55,629 nt of DNA, taken from the NCBI GenBank assembly GCA_002068915.1, contig MWBE01000009.1, forward strand, positions 1 through 55,629, in the 5' to 3' direction. Origin of the DNA: Parcubacteria group bacterium ADurb.Bin326. GTDB lineage: Bacteria > Patescibacteriota > Patescibacteriia > 2-01-FULL-39-33. This document shows positions 1 through 7,852 of the stretch, piece by piece; the stretch's first letter is position 1, and each line of letters opens with the position of its first letter. The notes beneath the pieces are model-generated. The model was not told the DNA's origin, searched no databases, and saw nothing but the letters and a program-made list of their open reading frames with translations. The position numbers and the translations under genes were made by a program.

Positions 1-86
1 ATAACCGATATGATTAATATCGGTTATTATAGCAAAAAAACCTTGATTTTAAAAGCCTAGTTTATTAAAAAAGTCTTTTAACGTCA

Positions 87-404
87 CTAATTCAGGCCAT
101 CAACCAACTCCTTGATTTCTTGGTAATGCTTTTTGACCACTTCTTGATCTCGAAAGTTTTTAGAAAACTCAGCCAATTCACCCAGCACCTTAATAATCGA
201 TTCTTTAGTGGGGTTATTAAAGTCTCCGCCGGTCTTATCAAAAAACTTCATTATGATCTGCCGACAATATTCACGATTCATATCCTTATCTTGGGGAGCA
301 ATTCCTGCTCCCTCACAATGAGCCTGAGCAAAACAATTAACTACCACATCTCTTACCATCAAGGGAGTAAGCGGTTCAACCAAAGTTATGCCATACTTTT
401 CCAT
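87..404 (-). CDS. hypothetical protein (105 aa)
   Basis: Intact ORF starting 5 nt after the stop of the receiver gene on the same strand. No recognisable motif. Confidence 0.5.
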   Translation of the reverse strand: MEKYGITLVEPLTPLMVRDVVVNCFAQAHCEGAGIAPQDKDMNREYCRQIIMKFFDKTGGDFNNPTKESIIKVLGELAEFSKNFRDQEVVKKHYQEIKELVDGLN

Positions 405-408
405 AAAT

Positions 409-777
409 TTATTTTAATTTCTCTTTGACTTTTTTAATTAAGTCTGCCATCTTCCAATCGCTTTTAACCAGATAATCCCTGACGCCACGCTGTACTGCCT
501 GAGCGGTTTTAGCCGCGTCATTGAGATTGGTTAAAACAATTACTTTTGCTTCCTTGCCTGAAGGCTCCAAACGAAGCAAGCGCAACATCTCCATGCCATC
601 CATTATCGGCATGACAATGTCAAGCAATATCAAATCGGGCTTATAACTTACAAAAGTCTCCAATCCACTTTTACCATTACGAGCCACTCGAACCGAAAAT
701 CCTTCCTTGGATAATTTATTTTTCAATGCCGAGGCCAAAGGAAAATCGTCCTCAATCACTAAAATCTTCTTCTTCAT
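409..777 (-). CDS. stand-alone response regulator receiver (CheY-like)
   Basis: KKILVIEDD...DLILLDIVMPIMDG...VLTN...K layout of a REC domain. 122 aa with no output domain. Confidence 0.85.
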   Translation of the reverse strand: MKKKILVIEDDFPLASALKNKLSKEGFSVRVARNGKSGLETFVSYKPDLILLDIVMPIMDGMEMLRLLRLEPSGKEAKVIVLTNLNDAAKTAQAVQRGVRDYLVKSDWKMADLIKKVKEKLK

Positions 778-802
778 ATACTAATTAATATTGTTTGCAC
801 TA

Positions 803-3243
803 CTAACTTAGTTGCTTGGTGCCCGCTTTAGCCTTCATGCCGGAAAGAGGTATCTTAACCTCAAAAATAGTGCCTCTACCCTCTTCTGACTCAAAAGATA
901 TTCTTCCCCCGGATTTCTCTATAATAGATTTTACCAAATAAAGACCCAGTCCGGTACCCTCGGTGTCAAGCGCTTTGACGTTATCGGCACGGAATAATTT
1001 CTCAAAAATTTTATCTTGCTGAGCTTTAGGAATTCCATAGCCAGTATCTTTGACTGATAAAGAAATTGCGGTTTTTTCCAAATTAAGAGACAACTCAACT
1101 CGGCCACCTTCAGGCGTATATTTGACGGCATTACTTAAGAGGTTCTGGAAGACTATTCGCGTCAATTTGGGGTCAACTTTAATTTTAGGAAGATTCTTGG
1201 CAAAAGAAGATTTAAACAAAAGCTTCTTGGCGCTGATCGATGGTTGTTGTTCTTTGATGACATCTTCCGCCAAAAATTTTAAATCAGTTTCTTGAGGCTC
1301 GATTATGAAAGTTCCCAACTCCAGGCGCGAAGTATTAAGCAAAGCATTAACTAATTCCACCATACGCTGATTGCCACGATAGATTTCTTCCAAATAAAGC
1401 TTTTGTTCTTTATTGATTTTACCGGCATCGCCATCGAGCAACATTTCTGCATACCAGCCAATTGCCGACAAAGGAGTCCTTAATTGATGCGAGGCCAAAG
1501 ACACAAACTCGGTTTTTGCCTTATCAACCTGTTTTTCTTTGGTAACATCCTTCTCAATGCCGACAAAAAATTTAACTTCGCCATTATCCTTATCTAAAAT
1601 CGGAGAAATAGTGGCCATAGCAACATAGGCTTCACCGTTTTTGCGACGATTATTGATCTCAGAACGAATTGCCTGCTTATCAATCTTAATCCTCTTCCAA
1701 AGTTTTTTATAAAAATCAATATCCATTAAGCCGCCCCACAATTCCTTGCTACCCGCTTTTTCCCCAGCATTTCATCGATGGAAAATCCCGTGATGCGCCT
1801 GATTGAATCATTAGCGTAAAGAATTATGCCATCGGGATCAGTGATGACAGTGTGGTCGGAAGCGCCATCCACGGCCAAGCGGAATTTTTCTAAATCACCC
1901 ACGAGAGCTTCGGCTCTGTCTTTTTCTAATTGCAAATCCTCCAAAATATTTAAAGCGGCTTCTTGCTGTTGTGAAGCCTTCTCATTAAGACTAAGAAGCT
2001 GTTTTTCTCTTTCCTTAGATTCGCTGATGTCTGACAAAATCCCCACAATTCCAGTCAATCTCTTTCTAGCATCATTATAAGTTGACTTGTAAATCTTGCA
2101 ATATCTATCCGTACCATCGGCAAATCTAATTCCGGACTCATAAATCTGTCTACCCGGATTGGCTAATAGCTCTTCATCTTTTGATTTATATATTTTGCCA
2201 AATTTTTGAGGCACCAATTCTAGGGCTGTTTTTCCTATTACCTCTTTTCTGTCCTTGCCCATTACTTGATCAAAAAAAGCCTTGTTGCCGCCAACATACT
2301 CTCCTTTTATGTTTTTATAAAATATCAGACTGGGAACGGCCTCTATAAGAGATTGAAAAAAAATTGAGTCATTTTTTCTTTTTAACCAAATCCCCAAAAG
2401 AAACAAAGACGCACCCAATAATGAAAGCAATAAAATTGTTATAATCAATAAAAACCAACGATATTCTAAAATTATCTGCTCCAAAGACATTTTTCCATAA
2501 TTTTCAAACGGCCTCAACCTCAGGGTCCTTAAGGTGTCAGCTACTGAATTATAATTACGCGGAGTACTCCAGCCAGAGATACCGACCGCCTGAGCAACCT
2601 GATGATTAGCTGACATACTATACAAAGCTCTGGCCACACTTCTTGACAAAACGTCATCTGTTCCCGCAATCTTGGCCAACAGCCACTCGGGGTACAGACG
2701 AGTGCTTAAAAGAAATGGGAATTTATGATCATCAGAGTAGCCCTCTCTTAAATTAATTATTTTAATATCAGCCAAATCTATCTTGCCATCAGATGCCAAC
2801 TTTTCCAGAGTATCAGTCCTAGCTGTTCCTGCATCAGCTTCACCGCTAAGTACGGCAAAAACGGCTTCGTCATGCCCGCCGGAAAAAATTAATTTCTTAA
2901 AATCAGTAAAAGGATTTATTTTTGCATCATACAATTCCCTATGGGCGGCCACCCAACCGCCAAAAGAATCTTTGTTTACAGCGACAAACCTCTTACCCCG
3001 CAAGTCTTCCAATTTATTTATATCTAAACGGTCGCTTCGAGTAAAAATAACTCCTCCAAATTCTGTAACCTCTACATCTCCGGATTTGCTAATTACCGTA
3101 GCAATTCTACTGACGGCATAGTCATTTTCCATTTCAACAGCAGATTCGACATCTAAGTCATTGGAAACTATGGCTGATTTTATACCTTCTGAATTCAATT
3201 CTTCTTCTATAACTCGGGCCAACAAAGAATCATCTTCCACCAC
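803..3243 (-). pseudogene. sensor histidine kinase (PhnD-like binding domain, TM, PAS, HisKA, HATPase), frame interrupted
   Basis: ORFs 1726..3243 and 803..1741 are one gene. The upstream part has a PBP/PhnD-like domain (FGGW, SGGHD, DAGTARTD), a TM segment (WFLLIITILLLSLLGASLFLLGIWL) and a PAS start. The downstream part continues the PAS (DFYKKLW..NRRKNGE), then the H-box SLASHQLRTPLS and N/G boxes (LLSNAVKYT, DTGYGIP, GTGLGL). The frames meet near the A5 run (T5 on plus, 1757-1761). One extra base would fuse them. Confidence 0.75.
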
Positions 3244-3362
3244 CAGAACTTTTTTACTCCAATTTGGCTAAAAATAGTTTTAAACATAAAAAAACTTGAT
3301 TTTTACTAGATTTATTAATGTTAATTATGCTCCTTTTATAAAAAAGTGTTAATTTTTTCAAT

Positions 3363-3398
3363 AAAAAATAACCAAGATATTAACTTGGTTATTTTTTT
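3363..3398. terminator. bidirectional intrinsic terminator hairpin
   Basis: AATAACCAAG-ATATTAA-CTTGGTTATT perfect 10-bp stem, flanked by an A-run and a T-run. Confidence 0.55.
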
Positions 3399-3463
3399 GG
3401 GTATCCAACAGCCCGCTTTGCGGGCGTGAAAAATTTGGAAAAAATTCTTTAAGTTTCGTATAT

Positions 3464-3676
3464 TCGAAGTTCCTAAACGAAGCTAGAACCTATTTTAAAG
3501 GAAAAACTTAAGTTTTTTCTTATTTTCCAAAATTCCAAACCAAATTTTTTAAGGCCGTGGCGAAATGCGGGCAAAAAATGACTGGGGGTTGGGGGGGAAG
3601 GAATTTTTGCCCGCCCGCCACGGCTTTGAAGCCCAAATCCAAAAAATGCTTTTTCCTGGCCGGCGCCGATTTTTCG
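3464..3676. repeat. IR-A left arm (about 212 bp inverted repeat)
   Basis: Reverse complement of 7334..7545 with 5 substitutions and 1 single-base indel by hand alignment. Confidence 0.9.
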
Positions 3677-3715
3677 TGTCGCGGCTACTGCCGCGACAGC
3701 CCCGCCTTTAAAAAT

Positions 3716-4048
3716 TTATAATCGCTCTTTAATAATAGCCATTAATTCTTTTTCGTCTGAATAAATTCCGTGTCTCAAAAAAACTAAAATTATTATTGAA
3801 TCATTATCTATTGATTTAAAAACCAACCTATAACCATCTGATTTTCCGCAATTTTCTTTGAGTGGTATCACTCTCGCTTTATATAATCTATCATTGCCCA
3901 ATCCAGAATATTTACAAACACCGGCCGTTTCATTAATTCCCTTTAAACAAAAATAGCGTTCCCATGCCTCCAATGATTCTTCGGGCGCTGGAAATCGCTT
4001 TAATTTCTTAAAATCCTTACCAATATCGCAATGTCGCTCAATCTTCAT
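3716..4048 (-). CDS. RelE/ParE-superfamily (HigB/Gp49-like) toxin candidate
   Basis: 110 aa. C-terminal ...KARVIPLKENCGKSDGYRLVFKSIDNDSIIILVFLRHG... matches the K-x-R...GKSgGYR(l/v)(i/v)(y/f)...I.L pattern of RelE-like killers. Starts 10 nt downstream of the PanA gene. Confidence 0.55.
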   Translation of the reverse strand: MKIERHCDIGKDFKKLKRFPAPEESLEAWERYFCLKGINETAGVCKYSGLGNDRLYKARVIPLKENCGKSDGYRLVFKSIDNDSIIILVFLRHGIYSDEKELMAIIKERL

Positions 4049-4057
4049 ACTCGCTAA

Positions 4058-4618
4058 TTAACAATCTTTGCCATCCATTTCACCATATTTATTGCGATAA
4101 TAAGCCAAGTTATAATCGATTATATCATTTGGCTTAGTGGCAATCCATGGCGCCTCACCATGTGTCGCACTTTTCATTTCCGATCCTGAAAATTTTTCCC
4201 ATTTATCGGCCACTTCCTCAAGCATTACGAGTTCCTCTTTATCAAAAACATTCAAATCGTAAAGTTGCAACGCCTCAATGTGCTGTTGATCGTTAATTCC
4301 AACACCAACCTTCCTATTTGTAACCTTAATGTCTTGCCCTTTCATTTTTGTTAGCATTGCCTCACCGTATTTAGGCACCGGCCCATTTTCCCATCGTAAA
4401 TACACATCGCCGGTCACTGAATGGCCATATTTTTCAAAAAAATCAAAATCTAGATAATAAAGCAGCTTCATCATCTTTAATTTGCCCAAGGTGCCATTCT
4501 GTATTTTGTTAGCGAAATACAAAATAGAATTTCTATACTTTTTACTGTCTATTTTAGCCATAAAACTCAATATTGTCTTGTTGATTTTATTATAACACGA
4601 TTTTAAAAAAGAAACCAA
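4058..4618 (-). CDS. Panacea (PanA, DUF4065/SocA-like) antitoxin-domain protein
   Basis: LGKLKMMKLLYYLDFDFFEKYGHSVTGDVYLRWENGPVPKYG matches the K-L-x-K-L-L-Y-Y...W..GPV.P core of DUF4065. Start is either TTG 4618 (2 nt after the AbrB stop) or ATG 4561. Confidence 0.7.
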   Translation of the reverse strand: MVSFLKSCYNKINKTILSFMAKIDSKKYRNSILYFANKIQNGTLGKLKMMKLLYYLDFDFFEKYGHSVTGDVYLRWENGPVPKYGEAMLTKMKGQDIKVTNRKVGVGINDQQHIEALQLYDLNVFDKEELVMLEEVADKWEKFSGSEMKSATHGEAPWIATKPNDIIDYNLAYYRNKYGEMDGKDC

Positions 4619-4619
4619 A

Positions 4620-4775
4620 CTACTTCCAATCTTTCATAACAATACTACGGCCCCTAGTTATTATTGTCAACTTCTGCTTCTCTTTAAGTTTCAATTTATC
4701 CACAATCTCGGCAGGAATGACGATTGCCAAACTTCGTTTACCAACTCTAGTGATTTTCCTAATGTATTTTTCCAT
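4620..4775 (-). CDS. AbrB/MazE/SpoVT-family small DNA-binding protein (51 aa; below ORF-track cutoff)
   Basis: Hand translation: MEKYIRKITRVGKRSLAIVIPAEIVDKLKLKEKQKLTIITRGRSIVMKDWK. The R-x-G-x-S-x-x-V-x-I-P motif is typical of the looped-hinge-helix fold. Confidence 0.7.
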   Translation of the reverse strand: MEKYIRKITRVGKRSLAIVIPAEIVDKLKLKEKQKLTIITRGRSIVMKDWK

Positions 4776-4776
4776 A

Positions 4777-4802
4777 TTTTTTGTTACGTAGCATGTTACG
4801 TA
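4777..4802 (-). promoter_or_regulatory. operator/promoter module TACGTAACATGCTACGTAACAAAAAAT abutting the AbrB start
   Basis: Tandem GTTACGTA half-palindromes. Nearly identical copy (27/29) upstream of the recombinase at 7814..7839. Confidence 0.5.
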
Positions 4803-4820
4803 ATAAAATTAATTACTATA

Positions 4821-5384
4821 CTATTGAACAATACCTTTTCTCGTAATAATCAGCAAATCTTTATGTAATTCTTGATCGCCAGCATGTAAGGCATCTTTTT
4901 CTTGCCAATCGATAGAATATTCTTCATTATTTAGCCTTTTTAGAACATTATTTATTTTTTCAAACATCGGCTTTTCACGCCAAATAGGATAAATTTCCAA
5001 CTTCCCATTAACTTTAAGTGAAGAAATTGCTTCACCAACCACTTTATTGACATCTAATTCGGTATCAGGATTTATAACTGAACGCATTAAAACCATATCG
5101 AATTGCTCGGGTTTAAAAGGCAAATTATCGACTTGACCAACTACATAATGGCCTTTGACTTTAGCGGCTAATTCTTGGCTAACTGGCGGTCGCAAATCAA
5201 CGCCTACAATGCCATCAATATTATTTTCAAGACAGAATTCAATAAACTGCGCCTCATCGCCACAACCAATATCCAATATTTTTTTATCTTTCAATGCTTC
5301 CGCGTCTAATTCAAAATCATTAATATATCTCTTTGCTTGATCGCTAATTTCTATATTTTGACTGAATCTTTCTGCATTATGCAT
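4821..5384 (-). CDS. class I SAM-dependent methyltransferase
   Basis: Motif I ILDIGCGDE, then a VGVDL acidic loop and FDMVLM motif. 187 aa. Confidence 0.75.
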   Translation of the reverse strand: MHNAERFSQNIEISDQAKRYINDFELDAEALKDKKILDIGCGDEAQFIEFCLENNIDGIVGVDLRPPVSQELAAKVKGHYVVGQVDNLPFKPEQFDMVLMRSVINPDTELDVNKVVGEAISSLKVNGKLEIYPIWREKPMFEKINNVLKRLNNEEYSIDWQEKDALHAGDQELHKDLLIITRKGIVQ

Positions 5385-5392
5385 AAATAATA

Positions 5393-5857
5393 TTATTGTT
5401 GTTTATCCGCTTTTGACGCCTCTCCCTCTAACACCGCCTTCTGTTCGCTCAATAAATGGAATTGATATTGAGGGTATGCTTCTTGCAATGGCCTTTTAAG
5501 ACCAGAAAAAACGTCATTAATAAAAACATGTTTAACGCCACTATCTTGAATTTTTTCTTTATATCCGGAGGTCAAAACTGCCAAGCCGTCTTTATAGGCG
5601 GTGCCACCACCAGTTCCCAGAGCTGAAGCTAATCCAGCTTTAACATCGGCTGGTACTTCAAATGGAGCAGTATAAAAATCATGGTCTTTGCTTATTCCAT
5701 GATCAAGTAAATTCAATAACTGATCGAGTTGTTGGGATTTGGCTACCCCGTGAGCATCATAATTAATTCCTATCTCGCCATCGACTGTTTGGAACATTTC
5801 ATCATTTTCGGGATTAATTCCCTGACTAACCATAAACATCTCGTCCCTAAGCGTCAT
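5393..5857 (-). CDS. hypothetical protein (154 aa); may be the 3' part of a larger gene
   Basis: Same frame as 5963..6547, separated only by one TAA (5963-5965) and a 105-nt open stretch. Confidence 0.45.
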   Translation of the reverse strand: MTLRDEMFMVSQGINPENDEMFQTVDGEIGINYDAHGVAKSQQLDQLLNLLDHGISKDHDFYTAPFEVPADVKAGLASALGTGGGTAYKDGLAVLTSGYKEKIQDSGVKHVFINDVFSGLKRPLQEAYPQYQFHLLSEQKAVLEGEASKADKQQ

Positions 5858-5962
5858 TCGTTTCTTTAATCCTATATCATTGTATTTTTGTTTTATGTCT
5901 TCTACTAATTTAGCCTTTTCCTCGGGGGATAACTCTTGATTATTAGTGTTATGACTCTCTGT

Positions 5963-6547
5963 TTATTTCTCGTTTTCAGTAGATAGTTTTTCCAGATTAA
6001 TATCAGGAGTCCAATCAACTTTTGCAAACCGCTTAAAATCAGGCATTAAATTATCTACTGTATCGCCTGCTTTTATTGGTTTACCCGCCATGGCCGCCCT
6101 CAATCTTTCGTCATATTCCCTGATTTTTTCCTTGCCGGCACCCTTAAATGCTTCAGCCATAAAATTAAAGCCGGCTTTTATATCTCTAGCTTTTTGCTCT
6201 TCTGGCGATAATATTTCTGCGTCTGTCGCTTCTATTAAGGATTGTTCAACTGGCTGAACTGGCAAGCCTAATTCTGTTCTAATTTCGTTAGCCCGATTAG
6301 CTGAATTAATCTCATCCTCCTGAGCCATTCTTTTTGTTTCTTGTCTTGCTTCTTGAGCGAGTAAAACTGCCTCTTTCGATTCTTCTTCTTTATCTTTTTC
6401 CGGATTTAATTTAGCTTCAATGGCTGTTCGAAAAGAATCGGGCAGCCCTTTCATAATTTCTTCGCTCGATTCTCCACTCTGAATACGACCGACATATTCC
6501 TCAACTTTTGCGGCACCGCCAGTTAGTTTTTGTTCTGGATTGATCAT
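5963..6547 (-). CDS. hypothetical Glu/Lys-rich protein (194 aa)
   Basis: Intact ORF with no recognisable motif. Confidence 0.45.
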   Translation of the reverse strand: MINPEQKLTGGAAKVEEYVGRIQSGESSEEIMKGLPDSFRTAIEAKLNPEKDKEEESKEAVLLAQEARQETKRMAQEDEINSANRANEIRTELGLPVQPVEQSLIEATDAEILSPEEQKARDIKAGFNFMAEAFKGAGKEKIREYDERLRAAMAGKPIKAGDTVDNLMPDFKRFAKVDWTPDINLEKLSTENEK

Positions 6548-6561
6548 AACTTGATAATAAT

Positions 6562-6932
6562 TTAATCAGTAACGACTTCAATTGGCTTGATTATTATACT
6601 AAAGCCGCTATCCATTGACTGTGATACTAATTTTAAACTTTCACCGATCAGGATTGTAAAATTTGAATTTGTACTTGATTTCATCAAATCAATGCCACCA
6701 TTAGCCCCCTCGGTTACTAATCCGCTTGATTGGATTTCAATTTTATTGTCATCAACAGAAGTTATTTCTAAAACGGGATGCTTTATGACGAATGCGGCGC
6801 CGATAAATCCGCCGAGGTCTCGCTCGCTTAATTTGTCTCCTACCGAAAAAACTTTTTCAATGTCTTGTGGCTCAGTAATTTTCCCAGCGAGTCCATCCCA
6901 AGCCCTAAGGTTAAAATTGTTCTAACTTTCAT
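6562..6932 (-). pseudogene. frameshifted small ORF (about 122 aa if repaired)
   Basis: ATG at 6932 opens MKVRTIL... and stops after 30 codons. An adjacent frame is open for 119 codons (6565-6921: ...RAWDGLAGKITEPQDIEKVFSVGDKLSERDLGGFIGAAFVIKHP...VVTD) but has no start. One extra T in the T4 run would join them. The plus-strand ORF 6587..6925 is its shadow. Confidence 0.4.
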
Positions 6933-6955
6933 AGTTTTGATTATTAATTAACAAA

Positions 6956-7174
6956 TTATATTAATTCATTAATATTTTTCTTATACATTTTAGCGAACGC
7001 CTTAAGCTCAATAATATCAAGACGATATGACCCCGATTCGACTCGGGAAATATAAGATTGCGGCCGCTTTATCTTCTTAGCCACCTCAATCTGTTTCAAG
7101 CCAGCATCAAGTCGGGCTTGCCGTAATTTCCTAATAAATTCGGCATATTCTTTTGTCCAAACCGTCTTACTCAT
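6956..7174 (-). CDS. XRE-family helix-turn-helix regulator
   Basis: LRQARLDAGLKQIEVAKKIKRPQSYISRVESG is a canonical Cro/C1 HTH. 72 aa. Confidence 0.85.
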   Translation of the reverse strand: MSKTVWTKEYAEFIRKLRQARLDAGLKQIEVAKKIKRPQSYISRVESGSYRLDIIELKAFAKMYKKNINELI

Positions 7175-7333
7175 ATAATAGTATTATATATCCGAAAAAT
7201 CTATATCTAAAATCTGGATATAATATTTTTATTGTGATACTATATAAGGGAGTGCCGTTTGCGCGCGCACGGGAGGGCGGGGCAAGCGCACTTAAAATCT
7301 ACGGGCGGCGCCCCGATGCCCTAAGGCATCGGT

Positions 7334-7545
7334 CGAAAAATCGGCGCCGGCCAGGAAAAAGCATTTTTAGATTTGGGCTTCAAGGCCGTGGCGGGCGGGC
7401 AAAAATTCCTTCCCCCCCAACCCCCAGTCATTTTTTGCCCGCATTCCGCCACGGCCTTAAAAAATTTGGTTTGGAATTTTGGAAAATAAGAAAAAACTTA
7501 AGTTTTTCCTTTAAAATAGGTTCGAGCTTCGTTTAGGAGCTTCGA
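7334..7545. repeat. IR-A right arm
   Basis: Reverse complement of 3464..3676. Directly contiguous with the recombinase 3'-end copy (7543..7701). Confidence 0.9.
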
Positions 7546-7707
7546 CATAAAACAACTTTCCAAAAATTTCGTTTTTTGTTCGCGCCCTTCAGGCGCGAGC
7601 TTAGTGATTTCTTCCCCCAATTTTTCTTTTAATTCAGCCAAGAATTTAAAATCAGAATTCCAATCCCACCCGACTTTCCGCCCCCAGAGGCGGCGGTTCG
7701 TAATCAT
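7498..7707 (-). pseudogene. orphan 3'-end fragment of a serine recombinase gene (IR-B inner arm, 7543..7701)
   Basis: Encodes ...NRRLWGRKVGWDWNSDFKFLAELKEKLGEEITKLAPEGREQKTKFLESCFMS, identical but for one residue to the last 53 aa of the 7853..9369 product. 159 nt with 1 mismatch to the reverse complement of 9205..9363. Confidence 0.9.
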
Positions 7708-7813
7708 TTCGCTTTTGAGATAATTGTGGTCTCAAACGCGGAATGATAGCCGGCTAATGCCGGCACCGTTTCTTTTCACCGCCTCGCCTTAAAGCGAGGC
7801 GACAAAGCCACGC

Positions 7814-7839
7814 TACATAACGTGCTACGTAACAAAAAA
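7814..7839 (+). promoter_or_regulatory. second copy of the TAC(A/G)TAAC(G/A)TGCTACGTAACAAAAAAT module, 13 nt upstream of the recombinase ATG
   Basis: Hand alignment with the reverse strand of 4777..4802. Confidence 0.5.
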
Positions 7840-7852
7840 TAATCCCTTAAAT

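Noticed and set aside
6587-6925. 112-aa plus-strand ORF
   Set aside because: It is the antisense shadow of a more protein-like minus-strand frame that is open for 119 codons. See the pseudogene call at 6562..6932.
7153-7536. 127-aa plus-strand ORF
   Set aside because: It runs through the GC-rich hairpin block and the IR-A arm. The product is Arg/Gly/Pro low-complexity. It has no SD, and its mirror-image sequence at 3464-3700 is not conserved as an ORF. It is a by-product of repeat composition.
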